From Nostoc punctiforme PCC 73102 (GTDB lineage Bacteria > Cyanobacteriota > Cyanobacteriia > Cyanobacteriales > Nostocaceae), in the NCBI RefSeq assembly GCF_000020025.1, contig NC_010628.1, forward strand, positions 4,650,001 to 4,682,000: a stretch of 32,000 nt of DNA. The letters are read 5' to 3'. Position 1 is the stretch's first letter, and each line of letters opens with the position of its first letter. Under the pieces are notes generated by a model. It did not search any database. It was not told where the DNA came from and saw only the letters and a program-made list of their open reading frames with translations. This document shows, in pieces, positions 1-8,842 of this stretch. A program made the translations under genes and the position numbers.

Positions 1-2859
1 ATAAATCACCACAGGGCTAGAAGTAAGCAGATATTGAAGGCGCTCGTTAGCTAAACGTAGTTCTTGTTCGACATGTTTGCGTTCGCGTAGCGCGGCTTGC
101 CGTTCGCGTAGTGCTGCTTGCAGTTCGCTAATTTCTACTAAAACAGTGCCCACACCAGAGAGGCGATCGTCTTCACCAGGAATCGGAAAATAAGAAACTA
201 AAAAGTGGCGGATAATATCTGGTTGTTTAATTGATGCGGCGCTTAATTCTTGATTGAGGATGGGTTCACCTGTCAATAGAACCTGTTGATAAAATGGTTC
301 TACGACACTGGCTATTTTGGGTAAGGCTTCATGAATGGTCTTGCCAATATGAGCTTCCTGGGATATTCCATTAATTTCCGCTAGTACTTGGTTGATTTGC
401 ACAAACCGCAGTTGGTTATCTACAATATTCATACCGACGGGAGCCCCTGTAAAAAAGGCATTGAGGCGAGCTTCCCTGAGTGCTAATTCTTGTTCTAGGG
501 TTTTGCGCTCAATCAACCCACCTAACTGAGCAGCAACAGCATTTACTAGCAAGAGCAAACGTCTATCTACCAATACTGAACTACGTTTAAAAAACACTAA
601 AACAGCTAATACTTTGTTTCCAGCCAGTATGGGAACACCAAAACCAGCTTTTAATCCTACCTTTGCTGCTTGTTGCGATCGCAAAAAAATTGGCTCTGTA
701 ACTTCTGAAACATCTTCTATCCATTCTGGTTCCTGATTCTGCCAAACTCTTCCTGGTAGTCCCACTCCCAGAGGAAATTTCACAATTTGACTGTGGCGGC
801 AAAATTCTTCTAAATTGCTTTGTTCACCATACCAGCCCAGGCTGTGTTCTAAAACACTACTATCTTCATTAGGTATCCATGCTTCACCAAAATCCCAGCC
901 AATGGTATGACAAATTAAGCGTAAGACCAGTGCTAAAGAGCTATTGACATCATTAGCGCGAGTGATGGCTTGGGTTGTCAACAGTAACAAACGGCTTTCA
1001 TTTTCTGCCTGCTTGCGTTCAGTAATATCTTTCGCTGTGCCTAGTACGTAACATTTTCCATCAATCTCGATCATTTCCGCACTCAGCAAGGTTGTCCTGA
1101 TTTCTCCTGAACAAGTGCAGACATCAATCTCATAGTTACGAATAGCTTTAGTTTTTTGCAGCATCTGGGTAAGAAAATTATATTCTTCTGGATTCACCCA
1201 AATATTCAATTCTTGATCGGTGCGATCGATAACCTGAGAACGAGAATAACCAAAAAACCGACAAAAACTGTCGTTAACTTCGACGAAGCGTTTGTTAGGA
1301 ACAGTAATTAAGGCAATGGGATCGGGAGATGACCGAAAAGCTGATGCTAACTTTTCTTCAGAAGCCCTCCGCGCGGCTTCAGCGCGTTGACGTTCTTTTG
1401 CTTCCAGCACCAAAGATACTAAATTGCCCAGAGAGCGAGCAAAATTTTGATCTTCTAGCGTCCAATGATGAGCAACTCCCACTGCCTCCAAACATAAAAC
1501 CCCTACGGTTTTTCCCTCCTGCCTAATGGGTGTATAGAGTATAGAGGTAATATTTAATCTTGAGTAAGATGGGGAAAATTCTCTAATTCTGGGATCGGTA
1601 TGGGCATCATCTGCGGCGATTGGTTGATCTTGTTGCAAAGCTGCAAAATAAGCTGGATAGTCGGCCTCTGATAAAACAAGTCCTTCACTATGTTGATTGC
1701 GACTGCCCTCAAATAGGTCAAAACACTCGATTTTCAAGCCTGTTTCGTCATACAACCAAACACTGGCCCGTTCCATTCCAATATTTTTGACAGCTGTTTC
1801 TGTAATTTTACCCAAAGCTGCTTTCAAGTCACCCTGATAAAGGATCTGATTTTGCGCCAGTTGGGTTAGCACTAAGTTATGATTGCGGAGCTTAATCGCG
1901 CTCTCTTGGAGTAATTTTTCTATACCTCGACGCTGTGTAATATTACTAGCAGTGCCTGTCATACCTATGACTAAACCCTCTTCGTTGCGTAATGCGATCG
2001 CATTAAACATTAAATAAAGTAAAGTACCATCTTTCGCTACACAGGTAGTTTCATGCTGAAATATCGGCTTCCCGTGTAAGACACGCTCAAAGACTACTTT
2101 ATCTTTAGTAACTTGCTGAGGTGAGATAAAATCAATCAAGGTACGCCCGATCATCTCCTGGGGTTCATAACCATAAATCTGCTTGACTGCCGGGTTAACA
2201 AAGGTAATTAGTCCATCAATATCTACCGACCAGATCATATCCTGGGATGTCTCCACCAGGTGGCGATATTGACTTTCGCTCTTCTTGAGGGCAGCTTCGA
2301 CTAAAAGGCGTTCGTTTTGGTAAACTTCCCTACAAAAAGCTTTGCTAAGGCTGGGAGGAATTTCCGTGAAAATTTCTTCTATTTGTTGGTTCCGAAGATT
2401 TAACTCAACAGCAACCCGTTGACGTTCTTTAATCTCCTCTTGCAATTGGGAATTTTGTTCTTTTAACTGTTTTTTCAGCCTTTGGAGAGTTAGTTGATTT
2501 TGTATGCGTAATAAAACTTCTTTAGCTTGGAATGGTTGAGTAATATAGTCAACATCGCCTAAATCACAAACATTTACTTCTTCCGATAATTCATCTAAAA
2601 CACCAAAAAAAATTATTGGAATATCTTGAGTTTTATGATGAGATTTTAAATTTTGATAAACTTCATAACCATTTATTTTTGCAATGAGAAAGTTTAGTAC
2701 AATCAAATCAGGAGGAAAAGCCAACGCCGTATTGATTGCTAATTCTCCCGAAAGGGCACTTTGTACCTGATAAACTTGGTTGTGAAGGATGTCTGATAAA
2801 AAATGTAAATTTTCTAGCTTATCATCAACTAATAAAATTTTGATTTTTTTAGCATCCAT
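1..2859 (-). CDS. Multi-domain signal-transduction protein: N-terminal (pseudo-)receiver domain followed by alternating PAS and GAF sensor modules (REC-PAS-GAF-PAS-GAF-PAS...). The C-terminus lies beyond the window start.
   Basis: Not in the ORF track because there is no in-window stop. My own minus-strand translation from ATG 2859-2857 (MDAKKIKILLVDDKLENLHFLSDIL...) stays open to base 1 (953 codons). PAS-like: SQYRHLVETSQDMIWSVDIDGLITFVNPAVKQIYGYEPQEMIGR and AFRSSPDPIALITVPNKRFVEVNDSFCRFFGYSRSQVIDR. GAF-like: ERASVWLYDETGLKIECFDLFE and GVGLPGRVWQNQEPEWIEDV. A third PAS-like stretch is LNAFFTGAPVGMNIVDNQLRFVQINQVLAEINGIS. Confidence 0.85.
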   Translation of the reverse strand, partial: MDAKKIKILLVDDKLENLHFLSDILHNQVYQVQSALSGELAINTALAFPPDLIVLNFLIAKINGYEVYQNLKSHHKTQDIPIIFFGVLDELSEEVNVCDLGDVDYITQPFQAKEVLLRIQNQLTLQRLKKQLKEQNSQLQEEIKERQRVAVELNLRNQQIEEIFTEIPPSLSKAFCREVYQNERLLVEAALKKSESQYRHLVETSQDMIWSVDIDGLITFVNPAVKQIYGYEPQEMIGRTLIDFISPQQVTKDKVVFERVLHGKPIFQHETTCVAKDGTLLYLMFNAIALRNEEGLVIGMTGTASNITQRRGIEKLLQESAIKLRNHNLVLTQLAQNQILYQGDLKAALGKITETAVKNIGMERASVWLYDETGLKIECFDLFEGSRNQHSEGLVLSEADYPAYFAALQQDQPIAADDAHTDPRIREFSPSYSRLNITSILYTPIRQEGKTVGVLCLEAVGVAHHWTLEDQNFARSLGNLVSLVLEAKERQRAEAARRASEEKLASAFRSSPDPIALITVPNKRFVEVNDSFCRFFGYSRSQVIDRTDQELNIWVNPEEYNFLTQMLQKTKAIRNYEIDVCTCSGEIRTTLLSAEMIEIDGKCYVLGTAKDITERKQAENESRLLLLTTQAITRANDVNSSLALVLRLICHTIGWDFGEAWIPNEDSSVLEHSLGWYGEQSNLEEFCRHSQIVKFPLGVGLPGRVWQNQEPEWIEDVSEVTEPIFLRSQQAAKVGLKAGFGVPILAGNKVLAVLVFFKRSSVLVDRRLLLLVNAVAAQLGGLIERKTLEQELALREARLNAFFTGAPVGMNIVDNQLRFVQINQVLAEINGISQEAHIGKTIHEALPKIASVVEPFYQQVLLTGEPILNQELSAASIKQPDIIRHFLVSYFPIPGEDDRLSGVGTVLVEISELQAALRERQAALRERKHVEQELRLANERLQYLLTSSPVVIY

Positions 2860-3496
2860 ATCAGTTACTAAGCTAATTTTCAATCAGGAATAAATTGTTG
2901 AATCAAACTGAACATGAAATCAGAAAGCAAAACCTTATTAAAAGATTATAAATAAAATGATCGTTGCTTACCACCATACTTCACCTGAGAGTACAGGTGT
3001 GTCAAGCTAAGGCAAAACCCTCTGTAACTGGGGATAAGACTCTGTAAAAACAATAATTACACTGTAATACAGAAGTAAATTTTATACAAAAACTATTTGG
3101 AAGCGATTATACTATGGCTTCACCTCAATTCTGCATCAAGATTCTAAAATACATGAATGAGCGCATTGTAGGTGATACCAAACAAAACCGCACGACTAAA
3201 CCCTCCTCTTTTTAAGTGGAGGGTGCGTTACAACGTGGGTAGGGTATTTTTTTACTCACAAACTTTAAATCTGCTGTAAGCAAAAAGTCATTCCATCAGG
3301 TTCGACTATATTTATGGTACTCCCGTAAAACTACATAGGATAGAGACAAATATCCTACGAGTGATGCTCGAACCTATCTATGAGACAATACGCGTAGCTA
3401 GCTTCCCCACAGGGTTAAACTAACGCCAGTTGCTTTATGTTGGGGAACCCTTCCACCGGAATGGATGCTCACTGCTTTGCGTCTACATGAATTGCC

Positions 3497-3892
3497 CTAA
3501 GAGGATGTTTGAAAAGTCCTCTTGTCGGTATCAAAAGTTCTAAATCCTCCTAAATTCCCCTTATAAAGGGGGACTTTGATTCCGGTTCCCCCTTTTTTAA
3601 AGCTACGGTGATACACAAGTCCCATTACCCCCCTCAATCCCCCCTTATAAAAGCTACCGTGTACACACAAGTATAGCCCGCAAAGGTTTCAACCCTTTTA
3701 GCCCCGTAAATACCCAAATTTTGGGCAACTATAAACTCCATTTATCCCGCTAATTTTAAGGTTAAGGCAACGAAACCAAGTTTTAGGTGGGATTTCAAGA
3801 CTTGTGTGTACACCGTAGCTTTTTTAAGGGGAGTTAGGGGGATCTAAAAGTGCCTAAAGTTATAGCAAAACACCTTTCAAACAACCTCTAAG
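3497..3892. repeat. MITE-like nested inverted-repeat element (non-coding, ~400 bp)
   Basis: The outer arms are inverted copies: ctaagaggatgtttgaaaag (3497-3516) versus the reverse complement of cacctttcaaacaacctctaag (3871-3892). The inner motif CCCC..T/A-run..aaagctacNgtg(a)tacacaagt occurs twice in direct orientation (about 3588-3620 and 3639-3672) and once inverted (about 3800-3832), with one mismatch between 3650-3672 and the inverted copy. No ORF of 60 aa or more lies in the region. Confidence 0.55.
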
Positions 3893-3911
3893 AATAAAAT
3901 CAAGCTTTGAG

Positions 3912-4775
3912 CTATTTTTTACGTAAGTCCTGTTTAGCTAATCGCTGCTTAATAGATTCAGGCAATCGTTCTGGATGCTTGGAAAAATAAAAGATTTTTA
4001 AGAAAGTAAAATTTATATTCCGAGCTAACCAAATCTGCCATTGTTCCATCAAAGATAGTGTTTTAATATAATTATTAAATAATTGTTCAATTCGCGCTAA
4101 ACTGCTTCCTGTTGCAGAATCATCAAATGTTTTAGTTCCTGGATAATATCTAAAGTTACCCCAAGTTTCATTGAAATACTTAACATGAGATGAACAAACA
4201 GCTTTCAAAAGGAAATCTATATCCATTGAATAATGATCTTCTACTTTATAGAGTCCGATTTTCTGATGCAATGATTTATGATAGAAGTAAGCAGATGGAT
4301 TTACTGGAAAAGAAGCATCGATAATTCCATCATCATTAACTCGTCTTTCTAAGAGTAAATCTATTGTTCGTAATTGGCTAGGTTTATTAAGAGACATTAG
4401 CTGACCTTTCTGATTAATGATATTACAGTTACCAACAATCAAGCTAGGTTCTGGTAAAGTTTGGAAAATTTCGAAGATGCGGTTAAGAAGATTTATCTCA
4501 TAAAAATCATCAACATTTAAAACACCAATAATCTCTCCTCGTGCCATAGCAATTCCTTTATTAATAGCGTCAGATTGCCCTTTGTCCTTTTCACTAATCC
4601 AACGTATGTGGGGATATTGATTGGCTTTATCCTTAATAATGTCTACTGTCTTGTCGCTTGAACCTCCATCAACAACGATATGCTCCACTTCTAAACAGTT
4701 TTGGTCAATGACAACTTGAAGGCAAGATTCTATAAATTTCTCACCGTTATAAACTGGTGTAATTATACTAATCAT
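3912..4775 (-). CDS. Family-2 glycosyltransferase
   Basis: ORF track 3912..4781. ISIITPVYNGEKFIESCL, HIVVDGGSSDKT and LNVDDF are GT2 (GT-A fold, DxD-type) hallmarks. The track start at 4781 is TTG; the ATG two codons downstream (4775) is preferred. Confidence 0.88.
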   Translation of the reverse strand: MISIITPVYNGEKFIESCLQVVIDQNCLEVEHIVVDGGSSDKTVDIIKDKANQYPHIRWISEKDKGQSDAINKGIAMARGEIIGVLNVDDFYEINLLNRIFEIFQTLPEPSLIVGNCNIINQKGQLMSLNKPSQLRTIDLLLERRVNDDGIIDASFPVNPSAYFYHKSLHQKIGLYKVEDHYSMDIDFLLKAVCSSHVKYFNETWGNFRYYPGTKTFDDSATGSSLARIEQLFNNYIKTLSLMEQWQIWLARNINFTFLKIFYFSKHPERLPESIKQRLAKQDLRKK

Positions 4776-5192
4776 TAACAAGAACCTTTTGTGCGTATTG
4801 CAAACAAAAAATAATTCAAATAATTGAATTGATCTCCAATCGTATAGTTCCCAATTGGCACAAGTTTATAACGCGATTTAGGACAGTGTAAATACGTAAA
4901 TTGAGCTTGCGTATGTAAGTGATAGATTTAAATTCGTCTAAGGGTATTTCTGACCAATGGCAAGATACAACTATTTGATGAAGGTGTAGCGATCGATAGA
5001 ATTCTTGAGATTCAATTGAGGCATTGAAAAGGCTATAGAAACGGAGGTTGTTTTTGCCAATCCTCCGTTTCTGATATTTCTATTGTCACTCAAAAATGAA
5101 TAGGCAAAGTGCTGCAAAAAGTTTAGGTAACATTTTGTAGCCTACTGGCAACTTCTGATGTTTGCCCAATGGTAGTAAATCGAGAGAGGGTG

Positions 5193-5552
5193 CTATTCCT
5201 CTTGTACATCAACCCAGATACTACCTTCTTCCACACGAATAGGAAACACTGGTAACGTCTTTGGTTGCGAAACCAACGAGAGTACTTTACCTACACCAGG
5301 TGGCCAGGAACACCAGCCTTGTACCTCACCAGTCCGCAAGTCAAAAGCACTGCGATGGAAGGTACAAACAATTGCTCCACTTTCAGTGATTTTCCCACTT
5401 TTCAACGGTAATTTTAAGTGGGGACAGTTGTTATCTACAGCATAAAGCTGATTCTCGTGATTCAAAACCAGAATTTTCCGGTTGCCAACTTTCACCACTT
5501 CTCGCGTACCTGGGGAAAGTGCTTCAACTGCAAGAACTTTAGTCCAGCTCAT
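5193..5552 (-). CDS. Rieske [2Fe-2S] domain protein (small Rieske ferredoxin)
   Basis: CPH...(17 aa)...CTFH matches the Rieske CxH/CxxH ligand pattern. The start is moved to ATG 5552 (MSWTKVLAVEAL...), which follows GGAGAGGAG on the minus strand. The 46-codon extension in the track (to 5690) has no supporting features. Confidence 0.85.
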   Translation of the reverse strand: MSWTKVLAVEALSPGTREVVKVGNRKILVLNHENQLYAVDNNCPHLKLPLKSGKITESGAIVCTFHRSAFDLRTGEVQGWCSWPPGVGKVLSLVSQPKTLPVFPIRVEEGSIWVDVQEE

Positions 5553-5840
5553 TAGGTTCTCCTCTCCTAATATATCTGCTTTCAGTTTCTCGCAATTGTG
5601 ACCAGTGCGATCGCCTTTCAGTACTAGAGAAAAGTCAGTAGATTGCAAACTTCTCCCGAAAAAGCCATGTCTACGATGAGCTTTGCTCACCTTGGCGAGA
5701 TATAACCGCTATAAATTTTTACATTAAATTCCATTTACACACTGAATGAACTGGTTTCTGGGTAAACTAAAAAAAGCACTTTCTATCCTTGCATCATCAA
5801 GCTTGTAGCTCATCACAGACAATATTGAGGGATATAAAAA

Positions 5841-7688
5841 ATGATTAAGACAAGTTACGAATTTGACCAGTCTATTCTTCCCGCCGGATCTTCATTAAAG
5901 ACTAATATTTTGCTACGTTTTCGTCCTGACATAGCTGAATCTCCCCGACGGAACCTTAACCTTTCTCTTGTAATTGACCGTTCAGGCTCTATGGCAGGTG
6001 CTGCCTTACATCATGCACTCAAAGCTGCTGAGTCTGTGGTAGATCAACTTGAGCCAGATGACATTCTCTCAGTAGTTGTTTACGACGATGAAGTAGACAG
6101 CGTTGTACCACCCCAAGCTGTAACTAACAAAGCCACACTGAAAGATTCTATCCGCAAAGTGAGAGCAGGCGGTATTACCAACTTATCGGGGGGATGGCTC
6201 AAAGGCTGTGAACACGTCAAAACACGGCTCGATCCACAAAAAATCAACCGTGTTCTCTTGCTTACTGATGGTCACGCCAATATGGGCATTCAAGACCCCA
6301 AGGTACTAACGGCGACATCAGGGCAAAAAGCTGAGGAAGGTATCACCACAACTACATTAGGTTTTGCTCAGGGTTTTAATGAAGACCTGCTGATTGGTAT
6401 GGCAAGGGCTGCCAGGGGAAACTTTTATTTCATTCAAAGCATTGATGAAGCAACTGAAGTGTTTAGTATTGAGCTAGACAGTCTCAGAGCAGTAGTAGGA
6501 CAAAACCTCACAGTGAAACTTGAGTTGGCTGAAGGTGTCAGTCTTGTTGATACCTTAAGTCTTGCAAAAGTTAGCCAGAATGACGCTGGTCAGGCTGTTA
6601 TCAGCTTGGGAGAGCTTTACGAGGGTGAAGACAAACTTCTCGGTTTAAGTTTGGTGATATCAAGCGCTCAAGTTGGTGAGTTACCTGTGATGAAACTGCA
6701 TTACAGCGCTGACGTTATCCAAAATGACCTCATTCAAAACGTTTCAGGCACAGCAGATATCATTGCCAAAGTTGGCACTGTTGAGGAAGCCGCTTTTGCC
6801 TCTACAAGCCATATCATTCTTGAACTGAGCCGCCTCACCATCGCTAAGGCTAAAGAGACTGCCCTCGATTTAGCTGAACATGGCAGACACCAGGAAGCGG
6901 AAGAAACCCTGCGTACTCTGGTGAAAGATTTGCGGGATAAAGGGTTAAACGAGAATTTTGAAATTGCTGAAGAGATCGATCAGCTTGAGTATTTCGCAAG
7001 TCGAATCGCCCAAAAAGCTCTAGGTAATGCCGGACGTAAAGAATTGCGAGATCAGTCTTACCAGACAATGAACCGCAATCGTAACGATCTGGTGGGGCGC
7101 GGTGTTACTGCTGGTGATGAAGTGTACGCAATGCCGGTTGTCAATGAAGTTGGCTCAGGTGTTGAATTGTATTGCGTTCGTGAAGGAGGTAAACTACGGG
7201 TCAAAGTCATATCTGAAGGCTATGATTCAGCCAAGAATGTCCAGTTTCCGCGGAGTATTCGGGCTGAGGGAGCAAGGTACGTTGTTGAAGGGCTGGAACT
7301 TTCAAATGAAGGCACTTTCTACCGTGTACGTGGCAATATCACTCGTTTTGCTCAACCCGGTGAAACAGATATCTTCGTTGCCCCTAGACAATCGAATATA
7401 GCTTATACAGGCAAAGCCTCTAAAGGGTCTGCGAGCGCTGCCGATCTTCCCACAACTGATGTTGTAAAAGATGGCATTCTTGTTCAGTGTGTCAAAGATG
7501 GCAGCAAGCTACGCGCTAGAGTGGTTTCCGACGGTTATGAACCAGATTGGAATATGCGTTTTCCGCGATCGGTTCGTGAGGAAGGGATGCTTTATGTTGT
7601 TGATGAAGTCAAAACAGCACCTGATGGAAAGTCCTATATTGCGTGTGGTGAAATTAAGCGATTTGTCCAACCCACTACTACCAATTAA
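5841..7688 (+). CDS. von Willebrand factor type A (vWA) domain protein with a beta-rich/helical middle region and two C-terminal copies of an unassigned ~68-aa module
   Basis: MIDAS residues are present: LVIDRSGSM (DxSxS), GGITNLSGG (T) and LLLTDGHAN (D). Internal repeat: aa 438-505 SGVELYCVREGGKLRVKVISEGYDSAKNVQFPRSIRAEGARYVV...RF versus aa 544-611 DGILVQCVKDGSKLRARVVSDGYEPDWNMRFPRSVREEGMLYVV...RF. ATG is preceded by GAGGGA. Confidence 0.85.
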   Translation: MIKTSYEFDQSILPAGSSLKTNILLRFRPDIAESPRRNLNLSLVIDRSGSMAGAALHHALKAAESVVDQLEPDDILSVVVYDDEVDSVVPPQAVTNKATLKDSIRKVRAGGITNLSGGWLKGCEHVKTRLDPQKINRVLLLTDGHANMGIQDPKVLTATSGQKAEEGITTTTLGFAQGFNEDLLIGMARAARGNFYFIQSIDEATEVFSIELDSLRAVVGQNLTVKLELAEGVSLVDTLSLAKVSQNDAGQAVISLGELYEGEDKLLGLSLVISSAQVGELPVMKLHYSADVIQNDLIQNVSGTADIIAKVGTVEEAAFASTSHIILELSRLTIAKAKETALDLAEHGRHQEAEETLRTLVKDLRDKGLNENFEIAEEIDQLEYFASRIAQKALGNAGRKELRDQSYQTMNRNRNDLVGRGVTAGDEVYAMPVVNEVGSGVELYCVREGGKLRVKVISEGYDSAKNVQFPRSIRAEGARYVVEGLELSNEGTFYRVRGNITRFAQPGETDIFVAPRQSNIAYTGKASKGSASAADLPTTDVVKDGILVQCVKDGSKLRARVVSDGYEPDWNMRFPRSVREEGMLYVVDEVKTAPDGKSYIACGEIKRFVQPTTTN

Positions 7689-7698
7689 CTCATAAAAT

Positions 7699-7770
7699 CT
7701 CTGCGTTCTCTGTGCCTCTGCGGTTCAATAAATCGTTTTTAAACCGCAGAGGCGCAGAGTACACAGAGAA
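7699..7770. terminator. Long hairpin between convergent genes (candidate bidirectional intrinsic terminator; Nostoc-type repeat sequence)
   Basis: cctctgcggtt (7715-7725) pairs with aaccgcagagg (7742-7752). The stem is extended by ctctgtg (7708-7714) / cacagag (7762-7768), and a T-run (7736-7740) lies in the loop region. It sits between the vWA stop (7688) and the stop of the minus-strand gene (7789). Confidence 0.5.
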
Positions 7771-7788
7771 AAGAGGAATTAGAGCTAA

Positions 7789-8487
7789 CTACGCCTCGAT
7801 CGCAGGGTGATAATCATCTGGGTTATCAAAGCCCGCAATCCAAGCGGCTGCTTGATGGCAACTCCGCATATAAGGGGGAACGCGCAAGATATGAATATGT
7901 CCTGTGGATGGACAGGTGACTTTCAAGACCATAAGTGGCTCGTCATCCTCAAAAGGGATGTAGACTAGTTGACGTTCTCCACCAGCATCACGATCGCGAT
8001 CGCGGATCAATCCTCCCACTTGCTGCAAAAATGTCTCATATCCCAGACGCTCAATCAGCACGCGGCGCAACTCAACGTTCTCTATATTGAGGATATCTTG
8101 CCCCGTTAGAGACTGGGATTCAAAGGCAATTTTATCTGTCACTTCCACGCCTCGCCAGTGCCAGATAAAACCATGTCCCGCAGATACATTGGTAATCCCA
8201 CTTCCGGCCAACTCGATCCAATAAGTAACGTGGAGTCCTATGGGAAGGGTTGTAAGGTTTACACAGTCGCTGATATCAAGACTTTCACAAGTGAGATTTT
8301 CAGGTAGATTGTAAAGAGCCAACGCACCACTTACATCCAGATGGCCTAAAACGCGCATCCCATCGCAGGCGCGATGCTCAAGGATAAGTTTTCGAGCATA
8401 TTCAGCCGATACAGGCTCGTGGCTTTGGTTTGGGCGCTGCAAAACTGGTTTATTCGGCACACGTCCATTGGACATAATCTTGAGCAT
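7789..8487 (-). CDS. Conserved hypothetical protein: LRR-like N-terminal half plus a C-terminal domain of unknown function
   Basis: 232-aa ORF. The ATG overlaps the upstream stop (TAATG at 8485-8489). LRR-like: LPENLTCESLDISDCVNLTTLPIGL. C-terminal pattern: NVELRRVLIERLGYETF...VTCPSTGHIHILRVPP...AAAWIAGF. I cannot name the family with confidence. Confidence 0.7.
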   Translation of the reverse strand: MLKIMSNGRVPNKPVLQRPNQSHEPVSAEYARKLILEHRACDGMRVLGHLDVSGALALYNLPENLTCESLDISDCVNLTTLPIGLHVTYWIELAGSGITNVSAGHGFIWHWRGVEVTDKIAFESQSLTGQDILNIENVELRRVLIERLGYETFLQQVGGLIRDRDRDAGGERQLVYIPFEDDEPLMVLKVTCPSTGHIHILRVPPYMRSCHQAAAWIAGFDNPDDYHPAIEA

Positions 8488-8819
8488 TAGTCTACTACCT
8501 CCATATAGGCATCAGGGCGATATTCACGTTGTTTCCAAACGCGGTAAAGCCCTTGGGGTAATTCAATCGCCCGATGTTCTTCATGAACTAAAGTGGCACT
8601 TGGTTCTTTAACCTCTAGAAAAAGATCGCTACCATGTACCCACAACTGAACAGCATCAGCTTGCTGAATGCGATGGCTATGTCCTGTAATTTCACCATGA
8701 GCGAGAGTAGCACCTAGACGCTTCTGAGCGCCGACAGGTAAGCTAGCAATATGTCTAATTAGAACGTCGCCATGTCTGTAGAGAATACTAGCTTGGGAGT
8801 TATTGCTGTTGTTAAACAT
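8487..8819 (-). CDS. Small conserved hypothetical protein (HGDVLI...GEITGHSHR motif; probable small beta-barrel)
   Basis: 110-aa ORF with ATG at 8819, 23 nt downstream of the DUF4157 gene stop and overlapping the next gene by 1 nt. The motifs HGDVLI, GEITGHSHR and LVHEEHRAIELPQGLY resemble a family I recall from phage and bacterial genomes, of unknown function. Confidence 0.65.
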   Translation of the reverse strand: MFNNSNNSQASILYRHGDVLIRHIASLPVGAQKRLGATLAHGEITGHSHRIQQADAVQLWVHGSDLFLEVKEPSATLVHEEHRAIELPQGLYRVWKQREYRPDAYMEVVD

Positions 8820-8842
8820 CTTTTTATTACTAAATCCTATAG

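Noticed and set aside
76-117. A 21-bp imperfect tandem duplication (tttgcgttcgcgtagcgcggc / ttgccgttcgcgtagtgctgc) encoding AALRERQ-AALRERK in the sensor protein
   Set aside because: It is real (17 of 21 identical), but it lies in a coiled-coil linker where heptad duplications are commonplace. It is not a separate feature.
3297-3377. tRNA-like GGTTCGA motifs (caggttcgact / revcomp ataggttcgagc)
   Set aside because: No acceptor stem, anticodon arm or D-arm can be drawn around either motif. They form an inverted-repeat pair around a small hairpin rather than a cloverleaf.
3497-3892. The possibility that the 3.5-3.9 kb repeats are a CRISPR array
   Set aside because: The copies are partly inverted, irregularly spaced and of unequal length. 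There is no repeat-spacer periodicity and no cas gene in the window.
5553-5690. The 46-codon N-terminal extension of the Rieske ORF in the supplied track (MSKAHRRHGFFGRS...)
   Set aside because: The extension is basic and low-complexity and is not part of the Rieske fold. An internal ATG at 5552 has a strong GGAGAGGAG ribosome-binding site and gives a normal ~119-aa Rieske ferredoxin.
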